64,000 nucleotides of DNA, taken from an uncultured Clostridia bacterium (GTDB taxonomy: Bacteria; Bacillota; Clostridia; TANB77; CAG-508). The stretch spans positions 2,075 through 66,074 of the forward strand of contig CANSTR010000002.1 of NCBI GenBank assembly GCA_947649935.1. The letters run 5' to 3'. The notes below the pieces were generated by a model that saw only the letters and a program-made list of their open reading frames with translations, ran no database searches and was not told the origin of the DNA. This document shows, one piece after another, positions 20,287 through 31,895 of the stretch; positions within the stretch are counted from its first letter, which is position 1, and each line of letters opens with the position of its first letter. The position numbers were made by a program, and so were the translations under genes.

Positions 20287-22466
20287 ATGATTGCAGATAT
20301 TGTAGGAATGTTTGTCGTAATAGTAATTGCATTTGTTGCTGTTACGCATTTTATAAAGAAGAATAAAGAAGAAGTGGTTGACCAAGAAGTAGTTGTCGGC
20401 GATAAGATGTTTACATTTGAGTTAATGGTAAAATTCATTAAAAAGAGATTGGACGAAATTACGAAAGTCAACTTATACGATATTGGTTTATCAGAAGAAG
20501 AATTAAAACGAAGAAAAAATAAAAAATACGAATTGAAAAAAGCCTTAAAAGGTTGTACATATGGCGATGTAAATGATAAAAAATACGTCAAGGAATTGAT
20601 TTACGATTTGCTTGCCAAAGAATATGGAATTGACGAAACGAATATTGTCAGAGTTATGCCTTTTGATACGCCATCCCTTTTGACGGCGCAGGACAAATTC
20701 GATATTTTAATTCATGAGTACAAAAAAACATTTGCCTATGAAGCATTATCAGAAATGATAAAAAAATACAATCTAGATGTGTTTAAATTTGTTGAAGGAG
20801 AGTCAAGACCAAGCTATGTTATTACAGAAGACGAAATTAATGACATTTATGAAAAAGAAAATTTTCAATTGGATTTTAACGATAAACTAGAAGTAGTTGT
20901 ACAAAGAATTTATCAACAATACAAAGGATTTAGTAGCATTGATGAAGTGCGTGATATGAATATTGATGGTATTTCTGGTGGTGTATCAGGACTTCCAGAG
21001 AGTTTCTTAAGTCAGGTTGCTCAAAGTGATGGCGACTTTTTGAAACAAGCCATGGAAGCCAAAGTGCCAAGAGCGTGCGACAGTATTTGGATTATGTTTC
21101 ATGGTAAATCAATTCGTTTAGCATTTTTGTCATTTGGAACAGAAGCAGAACTAAAAAGAGTATGCCAAAATATTTATAAATACAACAACCCAGGACAGTT
21201 GTCTGATACCAATGGTTTCAAAATCAATGAAATGAAAGACGGTTCGCGTGTCGTTGTTGTTCGACCAAGTATGTCTGAAACATGGGCATTTTTCGTCAGA
21301 AAGTTCGACGTAAGAAGAGCATCTTTGGAACAAATGTATCGTAAGGCAAGTGGCGGAGATGAATTAATTAATTTGTTAAAATTTTTAGTAAAAGGTGCCA
21401 GAATTATTTCACTAACTGGTGAGCAAGGTTGCCGGAAAGACGACATTGCTTATGGCTATGATTGATAATATTTATGAAACCATGAACTTACGTATCACAG
21501 AAACAGCGTTCGAGTTGCACTTAAGAAAAATTTATCCAACCCGAAATATTTTGTCAATGCGTGAAACAGAAACAATTTCTGGTCAGGACTGTTTGGACGT
21601 TCAGAAAAAGACTGACGGTTCCGTAAACATTATCCGGAGAGGTTGCAACAGACCCCGTCGCATCTTGGATGATTCAGTCAGCACAGGTTGCATCTAAATT
21701 TACGTTATTTACGCACCATGCCAAAACGTTTCCAGACTTGGTAACAGCGCTTCGTAACTCAATGTTAAGAGCTGGTGTCTTCAAAGATGAAAGAACAGCA
21801 GAAGAGCAGGTTGTGCAAGTTTTAAATTTTGATATTCACTTAGTCAAAGACTTTCGTGGTGTCAGATATATCGAAAGAATTACAGAATGTATTCCAGTTG
21901 AAGAAAAAAATGAGTATACATTTGACCATAGAAATGAAAAAACACTAGAAGGTAAAATGGACAAATTTATGGACAATGCCGCCATCTTTTTTGGAAAAAC
22001 GACAAACCGCGAATTGTACAAATATCGAAATATTATGGAATACGTTAATGATACATATGTTTTAACAAACCCAATTAGTGACAAGAATATCAGTGAAATG
22101 AGAATCAACATGGAAGATACAGATATGGTGAATTTCGATCAGTTCTTGGAAAGAAATTGGGGGATTAAGGCACCTAAAATGCAGATTGCAGGAAGCGAAG
22201 CAGCAAAAGAGATGAATGATGTTAGGCAAGAAACTGTGCCAGTTTCAAGTATACCAGAAGATGCAGGAGCAGTACAAAAAAGACCAACTCAAAGGCCAGT
22301 TATGACAAAAGATGGACAACCAGTGAAAAGAAGAACAGCAGGACAAGTTCCACCAATGAAGACAAGACCAGTAGATGGAACAACGCAAAGACCAGTAAAC
22401 AGAACGAAAAATTTGCAACAAAGACCAATCCAAAAGAACAGAACAGATACAAAGGATGAAATGTAA
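20287..22466 (+). CDS. TadA/CpaF-like pilus ATPase, joined across two +1 shifts (CGGA 21433-21436 and 21635-21638)
   Basis: GSRVVVVRP, FFVRKF, Walker A GEQGC|GKTT, then NII|GEVAT, FTLFTHHA; three ORF pieces form one ATPase. Confidence 0.85.
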
Positions 22467-22493
22467 AAAACAAAAGAAAGGAGTGTATGATTG

Positions 22494-24567
22494 ATGTCAA
22501 ACCAAATGTTGCTATATCTAATGGCGGGCACGGGACGGATTACTCGTTGTGATTTTGATTGCCTGGTATATTTTGAACAATAAAATGAAATCAAAGGAAA
22601 CAAAATATATTGCGCAATTGGTAGAAGGTACCAAAACAAACAGTTTCAGCATGGAAGTTTTCTACCAGAAATTGTATATCTATTGTACCAAAGTACCTTT
22701 CTTAAAAAGATACGTATTAAAAATTAGAAGAAGAATTGAAATTATCAACTTAGATGATGAATATTTGACGCGTAGACAAACCGCAGAGATTTTGCTTAAA
22801 GCATTTATCTTGTTGATTCCTTTGACACTTTTAGTTATTTTTGCAACCAGAGGAAATATTATATTAAGATTAACGTTATTCTTATTTGAAATATTTTTTC
22901 TTGAAACATTTATGGAAGGTAAAGTAGACAAAATCGACAACAAACTTTTGCGAGAGCAAGTTGATATGTTTGGCGAAATGCGTCATAGTTATCATGAATT
23001 TAACATGGTAGAAGAAGCGTTGTACGATGTGGCGCAAAATGATGAATTAGAAGTTGTCAGACAAGTGGAAAGAATTCATGAAGTTTTGCTGGCAGATGAT
23101 CCAGAAAACGAATTGGAAAAATATTACGATATTGCGCCAAATAGTTATTTGAAGGAATTTGCTGGTGTGTCATATTTAACCAAAGAATTTGGTGACAGAA
23201 AAGACCGAGATGGCGCATCGCTGTATTTGAAAAATATCAATAATATTGTGCAAGAAATGCAATTGGAGATTTTGAAACGCGATAAATTGGATTACGTGTT
23301 TCAGAGTTTGTCCATGATTGCTGCGGTTCCGATTTTGTTTTTGGATGTCATGAAAAATTGGGCAGTTGGGCAATTTGCTTTTACATCAGCATTTTACAAT
23401 GGAACCCTTGGATTTTTAGCACAAATGGCAATTGTTATTTTGACCATTGTTTGCTACATTTTTGTCAGAAATTTGAAAGATAACGGAAGTGTGAAGGTGA
23501 CTTCAAATGTACAACATCCATGGCAAGAAAAATTGTACAATAAAAAATGGGTCAAAAAATTCATTGATTATTTGATGCCAAAAGATGGCACAAAAGAGTA
23601 CAAAAAAATCACGACATTATTGAAAGATAATGCCTCCAAATTAAAAATGGAATGGCTGTATATCAACCGTGTTGCATGTTCACTTGTTTGCTTTATTGTG
23701 GCGATGTTCATCTTGATTCAAGCCCATCAATATGCCATTCGATATACGTACACAGAGCCAACAAATGACTATAACATTTTAGGAAATTTATCGGAAAGAG
23801 AATTGAAGACTGCGATGGAAAAAACAGAAAGCGATAATGTCTTTTTGGATAAATTCAAAGATGACCGAACGATTACACAAGATAAATTGAGAAAAGAAAT
23901 TCAAAAATCAGACGAGTATGGTGGCTCCAATGATAAAGAATTAGACACCATTACTCAAAGGATATGGGAAAAATTGCAAGTCGTTCAAACCGAGCATTTG
24001 AAATGGTTTGACTTGCTGATTGCATTTGTGGTTGCTTTCTTAGGCTATCGTGGACCAATTTGGTTATTGATGTTCCAAAAGAAAATGCGCCAAATGGAAA
24101 TGGAAAATGAAGTCATGTCGTTCCAAACGATTATTTTGATGTTGATGAAAATTGAAAGGGTCAATGTTGAGATGATTTTGGAGTGGCTGGAAAGATATGC
24201 CAATATTTTCAAAGAGCCAATTTCCAGATGTGTTAACAACTTTGAAAGTGGCGCGTGGGAAGCGTTAGAAGAATTGAAAAATGAGCTAACATTCCAACAA
24301 TTAATCAGAATTGTGGAAGGTTTGCAGTCAGCAGTTGAATCGATTCCGATTCGTGAGGCGTTTGACGAATTGGATACCGAACGAAATTATTATCAAGAAA
24401 AAAGAAAAGAATCCAATGACCGATTAATTAGCAGAAAATCAATGATTGGCAAAGTTTTTGGATTTGCACCGATGGTCATTTTGTTTGTTGGCTATTTGAT
24501 TATTCCACTATGCGTCATTGGTTTGACGAGTATGACGTCTGCCTTTAATACGATGTCTTCTATGTAA
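22494..24567 (+). CDS. TadB/TadC-like fused membrane platform protein; N-terminus joined across a +1 shift at CGGA 22536-22539
   Basis: AAAGGAG RBS then MSNQMLLYLMAGTG | GLLVVILIAWYIL completes the first TM helix; two T2SSF-like halves. Confidence 0.75.
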
Positions 24568-24590
24568 ATGTAAAAAGGAAGGAGGAAATT

Positions 24591-25364
24591 ATGGATACAT
24601 CGATTAGCAAAGCATTAATCATGGTAGCAGGAATTTTGCTGGCAATGATTATCATCGGTTTTGCAACGTACACGTTTCAACATCTGAGCACATGGTCTAA
24701 CACCCAAGAAGATGAATATGAAACGCAAGAAGCGCAGAAATTCAATAAAGAATACGAAGCCTATCAAAAAGATTTGATGTACGGCGTAGACGTCATTTCC
24801 TGCTTAAACAAAGCAAAAAGCAACAATTTAAAAGTAGATAGTGGAATGTATGACCCAGAGTATGTTGTGACAGTTCATGTGACATTTAAAAGTTTTTTAG
24901 AAGAAAACATTCGTGTGTTTTTTGTTAGTGGAGATGTAAAAAGAGAAAGTGAAGCTTATGACAGTACTAAGTTTTCACAAAACCCAAAACAGATGTTAAA
25001 TAAATTATTTAACATATCAGATACTTATGAAACTAAAATGAATGGCTACTTTACTACAGACTATACTTATAAAACTGATTTAGCGCCAATGAATAGAAAA
25101 TTAGATAAGATGAAATTAAATACTCCGTATACATTGGCTAGAAAAGCTAATACAGACAACCTTATAGCAGCTTTGCTTGAAATTTCAGGTAACTTAAAAA
25201 GAGTAGAAAAAAATAATACATGGAATTTAACAGATAATAATTGGACAAAAGCTGTATGGGAAACACCTTTATATAGTATGAAAACGAAGAAGTTTAAGTG
25301 CACAGGAATTAGCTACAACTCAAAAACTGGTAGAGTGAATGAGATAAATTTTGAAGAATTTTAG
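24591..25364 (+). CDS. Pilin-like protein 1
   Basis: MDTSISKALIMVAGILLAM N-helix; FNKEYEAY, YGVDVISCLN; C-terminal YNSKTGRV. Confidence 0.6.
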   Translation: MDTSISKALIMVAGILLAMIIIGFATYTFQHLSTWSNTQEDEYETQEAQKFNKEYEAYQKDLMYGVDVISCLNKAKSNNLKVDSGMYDPEYVVTVHVTFKSFLEENIRVFFVSGDVKRESEAYDSTKFSQNPKQMLNKLFNISDTYETKMNGYFTTDYTYKTDLAPMNRKLDKMKLNTPYTLARKANTDNLIAALLEISGNLKRVEKNNTWNLTDNNWTKAVWETPLYSMKTKKFKCTGISYNSKTGRVNEINFEEF

Positions 25365-25379
25365 AAGAAAGGCGAAAGT

Positions 25380-25886
25380 ATGGAAAATGCAACAAAAGCC
25401 TTGCTGATGGCAGGTGGCATCTTAATTGGAATTATGATTGCAACTTTCATGGTGCTGGTCTTGCATAAAGGCGGGCAAATGAGCGCCGAGTATGACAGCC
25501 AACTATCTGACCAGACACTGTTGGATTTTAATAGTCAATTTGAAGTTTACAATGTACCAGATAATGACTTTTTCGATGTCATTACAGTTGTTAATTTGGC
25601 TTATGATGTAAATGTAAAATCTAAATGGGTTGCAGGCGATGGAGTTGTCGTAAAAATACAAGGAATGACTTCTGGAACTTATGAATTACCAGACAGTCAA
25701 AAGATTCAAAAAAATGAAATGTTGAAAGGTAGCACTCCAGTAGGTATCTATAAAGATTTAATCCCGATTTTTGCACCATTGCAAGAAGATGGCGAAAGAG
25801 AATATAAATTTCCATGTATAGAAATAGGCTATAATCAGGCGACTGGAAGAGTGAATAAGATGGTTTTTCAGCAAGAAAATAATTAA
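25380..25886 (+). CDS. Pilin-like protein 2
   Basis: MENATKALLMAGGILI; FNSQFEVY; YNQATGRV. Confidence 0.6.
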   Translation: MENATKALLMAGGILIGIMIATFMVLVLHKGGQMSAEYDSQLSDQTLLDFNSQFEVYNVPDNDFFDVITVVNLAYDVNVKSKWVAGDGVVVKIQGMTSGTYELPDSQKIQKNEMLKGSTPVGIYKDLIPIFAPLQEDGEREYKFPCIEIGYNQATGRVNKMVFQQENN

Positions 25887-25958
25887 AAATATTTCAAAAT
25901 TTTTCATAAAAAATATTGAAATATTTTAAAAAATATGATACAATAAAAGGGAATAAGG

Positions 25959-26393
25959 ATGAAAAAGACGATTTGTGTAATTTTATTCATATTTGTGGCG
26001 ATTGTGGTTGCGATTTACATGAATTATAAACAAATGTTAATGGCAAAAATCGAAGCCCAAAGATTTAATGAAGAATATGAATTTTATAACAAAGATGCGA
26101 TTTTAGGGACAGATGTTACAACACTCATCAATCGAGCCATGAACAACAATGAGCAACATTCGATTCAAAAAGATGAAAATGGTGTATACATACCAGATGA
26201 TCAGAATAGTGTTAAAATATATGTATACATGATTATCAATGAAATGACATATCCCATGGAAAACTTAGTGAAAACAGGTTTGGCTGATTTTACGAGTTAT
26301 TTTGGAGAGGTCACTTTCAAATGCACAGATGTGAAATATCATGAAGCAACAGGCAGAATTGCGGAAATGACGTTTGCATCGACAGAATATTAG
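25959..26393 (+). CDS. Pilin-like protein 3
   Basis: N-terminal TM; FNEEYEFY, GTDVTTLIN; YHEATGRI. Confidence 0.55.
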   Translation: MKKTICVILFIFVAIVVAIYMNYKQMLMAKIEAQRFNEEYEFYNKDAILGTDVTTLINRAMNNNEQHSIQKDENGVYIPDDQNSVKIYVYMIINEMTYPMENLVKTGLADFTSYFGEVTFKCTDVKYHEATGRIAEMTFASTEY

Positions 26394-26462
26394 ATTTTAA
26401 TATATACATCATAGTATATTAAAATAAACTATTTTTTTAGGAAAACAAAGGAGGAAAAAATT

Positions 26463-26918
26463 ATGGAAAATGCGTCAAAAGCGTTAATTATAGCAGGAGC
26501 TATACTTTTATCAATTTTAATTATTGGACTAGGAATGACAGTGTTTAACAGTGCCAATTCAGCAATGGGAGGAGCAAATCTAGATGCACAGGAATTGCAA
26601 GCGCATAACTCTCAATTTTTATCTTATCAAGGAAGACAAAAAGGAAACCAAGTAAATGCGTTGGTTAATGCAATTAAATCAAATAATACACAATATAATG
26701 ATAGAATGATTTCTATAGGTTTTTCGTCAACAACTGGAAAAGGTTCACCATCAGATATTGATTTATCGAAAGATAATACAGATCCTAATTCATATGACTA
26801 TAAAGTAAAACCTACAACAACATATTTTGTAACTTTTGATTATGGAGATAACGGTTGTATTAATAAATGTGAAATACATGTTTATAGTGATAATGATTTA
26901 ACTGGAAATACAGTTTAA
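26463..26918 (+). CDS. Pilin-like protein 4
   Basis: MENASKALIIAGAILL; HNSQFLSY; GNQVNALVN. Confidence 0.6.
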   Translation: MENASKALIIAGAILLSILIIGLGMTVFNSANSAMGGANLDAQELQAHNSQFLSYQGRQKGNQVNALVNAIKSNNTQYNDRMISIGFSSTTGKGSPSDIDLSKDNTDPNSYDYKVKPTTTYFVTFDYGDNGCINKCEIHVYSDNDLTGNTV

Positions 26919-26947
26919 AATTAACTTAGAACAAAGGAGAGTAGAAT

Positions 26948-27415
26948 ATGGAAAATGCATCAAAAGCATTAATCATAGCGGCGTCTATTCTAATAGCAAT
27001 TTTGATTATTGCATTAGGTGTGACTATATTCAATAGAGCACAAGATGCTGCTAGTACAGAAAGCCTTGATACAGCTGAGATTAACATGTTTAATCAAAAG
27101 TTTGAAAAATATTCAACAGGCGCAGGAGAAAATATCTTAGGTTCACAAGTAAAAACATTAATTTCAACACTTATCTCAAATGCTAGTACCAACAAAGATG
27201 ACCCAATAAAAGTACCAGCACTAAATGGTAATGCTGTAACAGGAGGAGAGATAAAAGGTGGAGAAGATGTAACTGGAAATAATAGTGCAGGTCTTCAAAG
27301 TTACATAAATAGACTTAGTCAAGTAAAAAATAATATTAATTCTACACATAGTTATACAGTAACTTGTAATTATGGAAAAGCTGGTTTAGTTACTTCAATT
27401 ACAATTAACCAGTAA
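26948..27415 (+). CDS. Pilin-like protein 5
   Basis: MENASKALIIAASILI; FNQKFEKY; GSQVKTLIS. Confidence 0.6.
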   Translation: MENASKALIIAASILIAILIIALGVTIFNRAQDAASTESLDTAEINMFNQKFEKYSTGAGENILGSQVKTLISTLISNASTNKDDPIKVPALNGNAVTGGEIKGGEDVTGNNSAGLQSYINRLSQVKNNINSTHSYTVTCNYGKAGLVTSITINQ

Positions 27416-27432
27416 GATAAAGAGGTTGCCTT

Positions 27433-28173
27433 ATGGAAAATCTTTCAAAAGCGTTGATTTTGGCTTTTAGTATGATGATGTTTGTCATTGGTTTCACGTA
27501 CTCCATGTATCTCATCAACCACTTGACTGCAACATCAGAAATACTATTAGACACAATCACAACAAAAAATTATTACGATAACTTAAAAATCGATGAAACA
27601 ATCACGAACAATGCAACCAAAGATAGCCGAGAAGTAACAGTAGACGCTATTGTTTCGACGTTATATCGTTATTACAAAGAAAACTATGCAGTTAGAATTT
27701 ATGATGGAGATGAATTAATTCAAGTTTTTGATGTCAATTTGGAAACTAAAATTGCAAGAGCTGCAGCGTTTACAAAAAATACATCTTATGCAACAGATCC
27801 AGCCAAGAAGGCATCAGAGCAAGAAATGATTTCATTGAAAAAATCAATTTTTAATGATAAAACCAAAAAAGTTTATTTATTTGAGGCACCTTGGACAGGC
27901 AGTACAGATGAAAACACAAGAGCCAGAATCGATTTTTTCTTACGTGGTAGCAAAGGCTATATCAATAATACTTATGTTGATTATGAAAAAATGTTTAAGG
28001 AAAAAAGCAAAATAGGTTTTTTAGAAATGTATGAAGGCAAAACTTTTTTGGAAAGTTTTGTGGAATATGCCTACACAGGAGAAACAATTTCTACCGAGGA
28101 TGGATTAGAAACAATCACTGGAAGTACACAAGAAAGTTCAAAAATCATTATAACGTATAGATTAAAAGAGTAA
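27433..28173 (+). CDS. Pilin-like protein 6
   Basis: MENLSKALILAFSMMMF N-helix. Confidence 0.55.
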   Translation: MENLSKALILAFSMMMFVIGFTYSMYLINHLTATSEILLDTITTKNYYDNLKIDETITNNATKDSREVTVDAIVSTLYRYYKENYAVRIYDGDELIQVFDVNLETKIARAAAFTKNTSYATDPAKKASEQEMISLKKSIFNDKTKKVYLFEAPWTGSTDENTRARIDFFLRGSKGYINNTYVDYEKMFKEKSKIGFLEMYEGKTFLESFVEYAYTGETISTEDGLETITGSTQESSKIIITYRLKE

Positions 28174-28192
28174 AAGAAAGGAAGAGTAAGTT

Positions 28193-28720
28193 ATGGGAGA
28201 TTCATTAATGACCGTCATTGCTATATTTTTAGCTGTCATATTAATGTTTTTGTTTCCAATGTTGTCTGTATCAGAAAGAACAGATGATATTTCGCAATTG
28301 GCAGTAGAAACAGCTGTATCAAAGTTTGTGGATGACTCAAGGTCAATCGGAAAAATAACAATGGCAAATTATGATGAGTTAGTGAGTGCTTTAAATGCAA
28401 CAGGAAATTCTTATGACATCGAATTAGAGCATAAAGTGCTAGATGAAAACATCGGAAAAAAATCTGCTTGGACAGACGGCACTGTAGTTGGTGAAAATGT
28501 GTATTATTCAGTGTATACCTCACAAATTTTGGATAGACTTACAAAAGAAAATGTTGATTATCAAATGAAAGAGGGAGATATTCTAGTTTGTACAGCAAAA
28601 AATAATAACACAACCTTATCGCAAACTTTAAGAAGTGTATTTTATTCAACTTCTTCAAACAATGCCTCTCAAGTTAGTGCAAAACATACTGGAATTGTAA
28701 CAGCAGGCAGAAATGAATAA
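28193..28720 (+). CDS. Minor pilin/TadE-like protein
   Basis: MGDSLMTVIAIFLAVILMFLFP N-helix; operon context. Confidence 0.5.
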   Translation: MGDSLMTVIAIFLAVILMFLFPMLSVSERTDDISQLAVETAVSKFVDDSRSIGKITMANYDELVSALNATGNSYDIELEHKVLDENIGKKSAWTDGTVVGENVYYSVYTSQILDRLTKENVDYQMKEGDILVCTAKNNNTTLSQTLRSVFYSTSSNNASQVSAKHTGIVTAGRNE

Positions 28721-28791
28721 AATAAATTCAAAATAGGAAGAGGGGCTATCAAGCCTCTTTTTTAAGAAAAATGTAAACAAAGGAGAATGCT

Positions 28792-31152
28792 ATGAAAGTA
28801 GACGGATTGGCTGTTGTATTAGCAATCATTTTGCTACCGATTATATTAGTGGTTACTTATTATATTCAATTGCAAGTAGACACCATTGCCATGGAAAATC
28901 AGTATAATACGAAGCTATTATCGGCTACGTATAGTGCGATGTCTGCTTTTGAAATGAATACGGCAAACGAGGATTTATCGAGTGTTGCGGATTCCATGCG
29001 AAGCATGATTCTGGCGTCAAATAACATTTTTTTCAATACCTTGGCAACTGACCTTGGCATGTCAAACGCTAGCAAGGAGTTGTTGCAACCATACGTTCCA
29101 GCGATTTTGTATACATTGTATGATGGTTATTACATCTATGCTCCAACTGAAGTTCCAGTTGTTTCCGAGAAAGAAAAGGAAGAGAATGGATTAAAGGTTA
29201 AAAGTGGTTATAATTTTTATGGAGAATTGAAGACAGAAAATCCAGGTGCAGGTGAACGTAAAATTCAAGATAGTGAAATAGAAGGTGCTGATAAAGCTAT
29301 TTATGGAGATATCTTGTATGAATCAAAAGAGGGAGCAAGTAAACCTTATACGATTTATCGTGAAAATGCAAAATTGAAAGAGGAAAAAGATTCCTATATT
29401 CTAAAATCTTATGTACAATATTCGGCTAGATACATTAAAAACAACATTGATGTAACTATTGATTATACTTTAGACAACTACTTGAACATTGCTGGAAAAG
29501 TGGATGATGTTTTCTATACGAAAACAGGCTATTTAATTGATAGAAGGGTGGTAGAAAGTGCGCAGATAGATGGAGATTCAAATGTTTTAGTGAATTGGAA
29601 CGAATATGATGCTAAAAATAAAATTCTAGGCTTAAAAACCGAGGCAGAAGCCACGACCATTCCTGCGGCAAATTACGCAAATGTTAAAGTAAAGGAACAA
29701 ACAATAGAATCTAAGTTTGGCGAGATAGCTAGCGTATTAAAGGGCAGATATGGTGTTGAGATAAAGACAATGTCAGATGCAGAAGTTTATTTGAATAAAA
29801 TGTATGAAGAATATTATACAAGTAAGGATTCGGGACTGTTAACTCAAATCAATGACCTAGAATACAAAATCCAAAATTCCAAGGCAGTGGCTTATTATAT
29901 CAGTTCCAAAATATTTTCAGATTGGGTTTATAATAATTTAGGAGAGTTGAGGTATCAAAACATTCATCAGATTGATTCAGTAGAAGGCTATGAATTTAGT
30001 TCTGGAGTGGAGTCAGAAGCTAAGAATTTATATTATTTATTTAAGGATAAAGACATTTTAATTTTTGATGAGAATGAAAACCCAGAAGATAAAAAGTCTA
30101 AATTTAATACACATAAATTAGAAGTCATCAAAAACTCAATTAAATATAACTTAAATTTGGCAATTTCGGTGTATCGAAATACGATGAATAGTTCTTATAT
30201 TTTTAGTATGCCAGTATTGGAGGACGACGAATGGGACAAAATTTTGAGCAATATTTCGATTGTTTCCTTTATGCAAGGTTGGGACTGTGGCTTGCATATT
30301 TATAACAATTATCAAATTGTTTCAAGCACGAATAATGAGTTAATGGTGACACCAAGCGAAATTTATTATGTGGAAAAAGACAAATTTAATAATATGAGTG
30401 GAACGTATCATCGAATTGATTGTCCAATATGGACGGGGACGACAAGTAATACGGAGTTCATCAATTTTAAATCAAAAGAAGTAAAGTATGATAAAGTTTA
30501 TCATAACTCGTCAAATTCATATATTTATGACCATCGAAATGTGGCTTGCTATACGTGTATTAATACGCAGAATTATAAGAGTTTGCTGGATACGTCTTTG
30601 ACAGATTATTATCAAAGAATGACTTCTAAGCATGTAGATGGTACAGGTGGAATCGGTGATGAGAAGAAAAAGGCGGCGTACATAGGAATTGCAAAAGAAA
30701 GGCAAGATACGTATAAGACAAATGCGTTGTCTGTGTCGCAGGGATATAAGGTGTTTGATTATTATACTAGTTCTGAAAATAAAAATGAATTTACTGCAAC
30801 TAATATTAAGGCAAGTGGAAATCAGTCAGGTGGAAAAAGGGCATCAAAGATACTAATTACAATTGCTGAGACAAAATCTTACAATACTTCAGGCACGAAA
30901 GAGCCGATTGTGAAGTTTAATGTTGAAGTCAGAGATAATGCTGGAGATGTTTATCGTACAGCAGAGGAAAGTGAGGACGCAAAGAAACAAAAATCAGCTG
31001 TTTTAGAACAATCTAAAGAGCAAACGATAGAGATTAAATTGCCAAATGATAATAGAAAATTTTTGAATTTTTCGGTTAACTTGCAGAAGGAAGCGCCAGG
31101 ATATGAGGTAGGATTTAAAGTAAAAGGAATCAAAGTAATTTACAAAGATTAA
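28792..31152 (+). CDS. Large pilus-associated protein (TadG/adhesin-like), N-terminally anchored
   Basis: 786 aa, single N-terminal TM, Cys/His-containing region HRIDC...CYTC; last gene of the cluster. Confidence 0.5.
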   Translation: MKVDGLAVVLAIILLPIILVVTYYIQLQVDTIAMENQYNTKLLSATYSAMSAFEMNTANEDLSSVADSMRSMILASNNIFFNTLATDLGMSNASKELLQPYVPAILYTLYDGYYIYAPTEVPVVSEKEKEENGLKVKSGYNFYGELKTENPGAGERKIQDSEIEGADKAIYGDILYESKEGASKPYTIYRENAKLKEEKDSYILKSYVQYSARYIKNNIDVTIDYTLDNYLNIAGKVDDVFYTKTGYLIDRRVVESAQIDGDSNVLVNWNEYDAKNKILGLKTEAEATTIPAANYANVKVKEQTIESKFGEIASVLKGRYGVEIKTMSDAEVYLNKMYEEYYTSKDSGLLTQINDLEYKIQNSKAVAYYISSKIFSDWVYNNLGELRYQNIHQIDSVEGYEFSSGVESEAKNLYYLFKDKDILIFDENENPEDKKSKFNTHKLEVIKNSIKYNLNLAISVYRNTMNSSYIFSMPVLEDDEWDKILSNISIVSFMQGWDCGLHIYNNYQIVSSTNNELMVTPSEIYYVEKDKFNNMSGTYHRIDCPIWTGTTSNTEFINFKSKEVKYDKVYHNSSNSYIYDHRNVACYTCINTQNYKSLLDTSLTDYYQRMTSKHVDGTGGIGDEKKKAAYIGIAKERQDTYKTNALSVSQGYKVFDYYTSSENKNEFTATNIKASGNQSGGKRASKILITIAETKSYNTSGTKEPIVKFNVEVRDNAGDVYRTAEESEDAKKQKSAVLEQSKEQTIEIKLPNDNRKFLNFSVNLQKEAPGYEVGFKVKGIKVIYKD

Positions 31153-31175
31153 AGGTACAAAGGAGGAAATAGAAA

Positions 31176-31868
31176 ATGAAACAAAAGAAAGCAGTAATGA
31201 TACTTTTGGTAATATTTGCAATTGTAGGAACAATTTTCGCAATCCTAGGAGGAAGATTATTACAATCAGCTATTAAATTGCAGAAAACAGCAATTAAAAC
31301 AGAAGCAGTTATTACAGATATTGAAACAGAAAGAGAATCAGATGGAGATATTACACATACTGTATATGTGGAGTTTGATGCTAATGGGGAAACTTATTAT
31401 GGAAAATCAAATTTTTATCATTCTGGAATGCATATTGGTGAAAAAACTACAGTATATTACAATCCAAAAGATCCAAATCATTTTACTGGTTCTGGCAATA
31501 TTTTTGGTTCAGTTATGTTTGTAATAATTGGAAGTATATTTGTTGCCATAGGTTTTGGTGGACTACTAAATGGAGTGTGTAAAACAAATACAAAAAAGAA
31601 ATTAAGGGAAAATGGCGAAAAAATCTATGCTGATTTTGACCATGTAGAAGTGAATGACATGTTTGAAATGAATGGAAAAAATCCGTTTGTGGTAATTTGT
31701 CAATACATTCATCCAAATGGAGAGAATATGGAATTCAAAAGTGAAAATCTTTGGGAGGATCCAACTGAAAAAATAGAGCAAAACGATATCAAAAAATTTC
31801 CAGTTTATGTTGATTTGGAAAATCCAAAAAAGTATTATTTGTCATTAGAAGAAATAACGACAAAATAA
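31176..31868 (+). CDS. DUF3592-like membrane protein
   Basis: Two TMs; VYYNPKDP; C-terminal FKSENLW...VYVD..NPKKYY. Confidence 0.65.
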   Translation: MKQKKAVMILLVIFAIVGTIFAILGGRLLQSAIKLQKTAIKTEAVITDIETERESDGDITHTVYVEFDANGETYYGKSNFYHSGMHIGEKTTVYYNPKDPNHFTGSGNIFGSVMFVIIGSIFVAIGFGGLLNGVCKTNTKKKLRENGEKIYADFDHVEVNDMFEMNGKNPFVVICQYIHPNGENMEFKSENLWEDPTEKIEQNDIKKFPVYVDLENPKKYYLSLEEITTK

Positions 31869-31895
31869 GAAAATTTATTTACAAAGGAGAAAAAA

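Noticed and set aside
9924-21638. CCGG methylation-driven base-calling error as the explanation
   Set aside because: Only four of nine sites contain CCGG, and other CCGGA contexts (4819, 56951) are intact. It is not formally excluded without reads.
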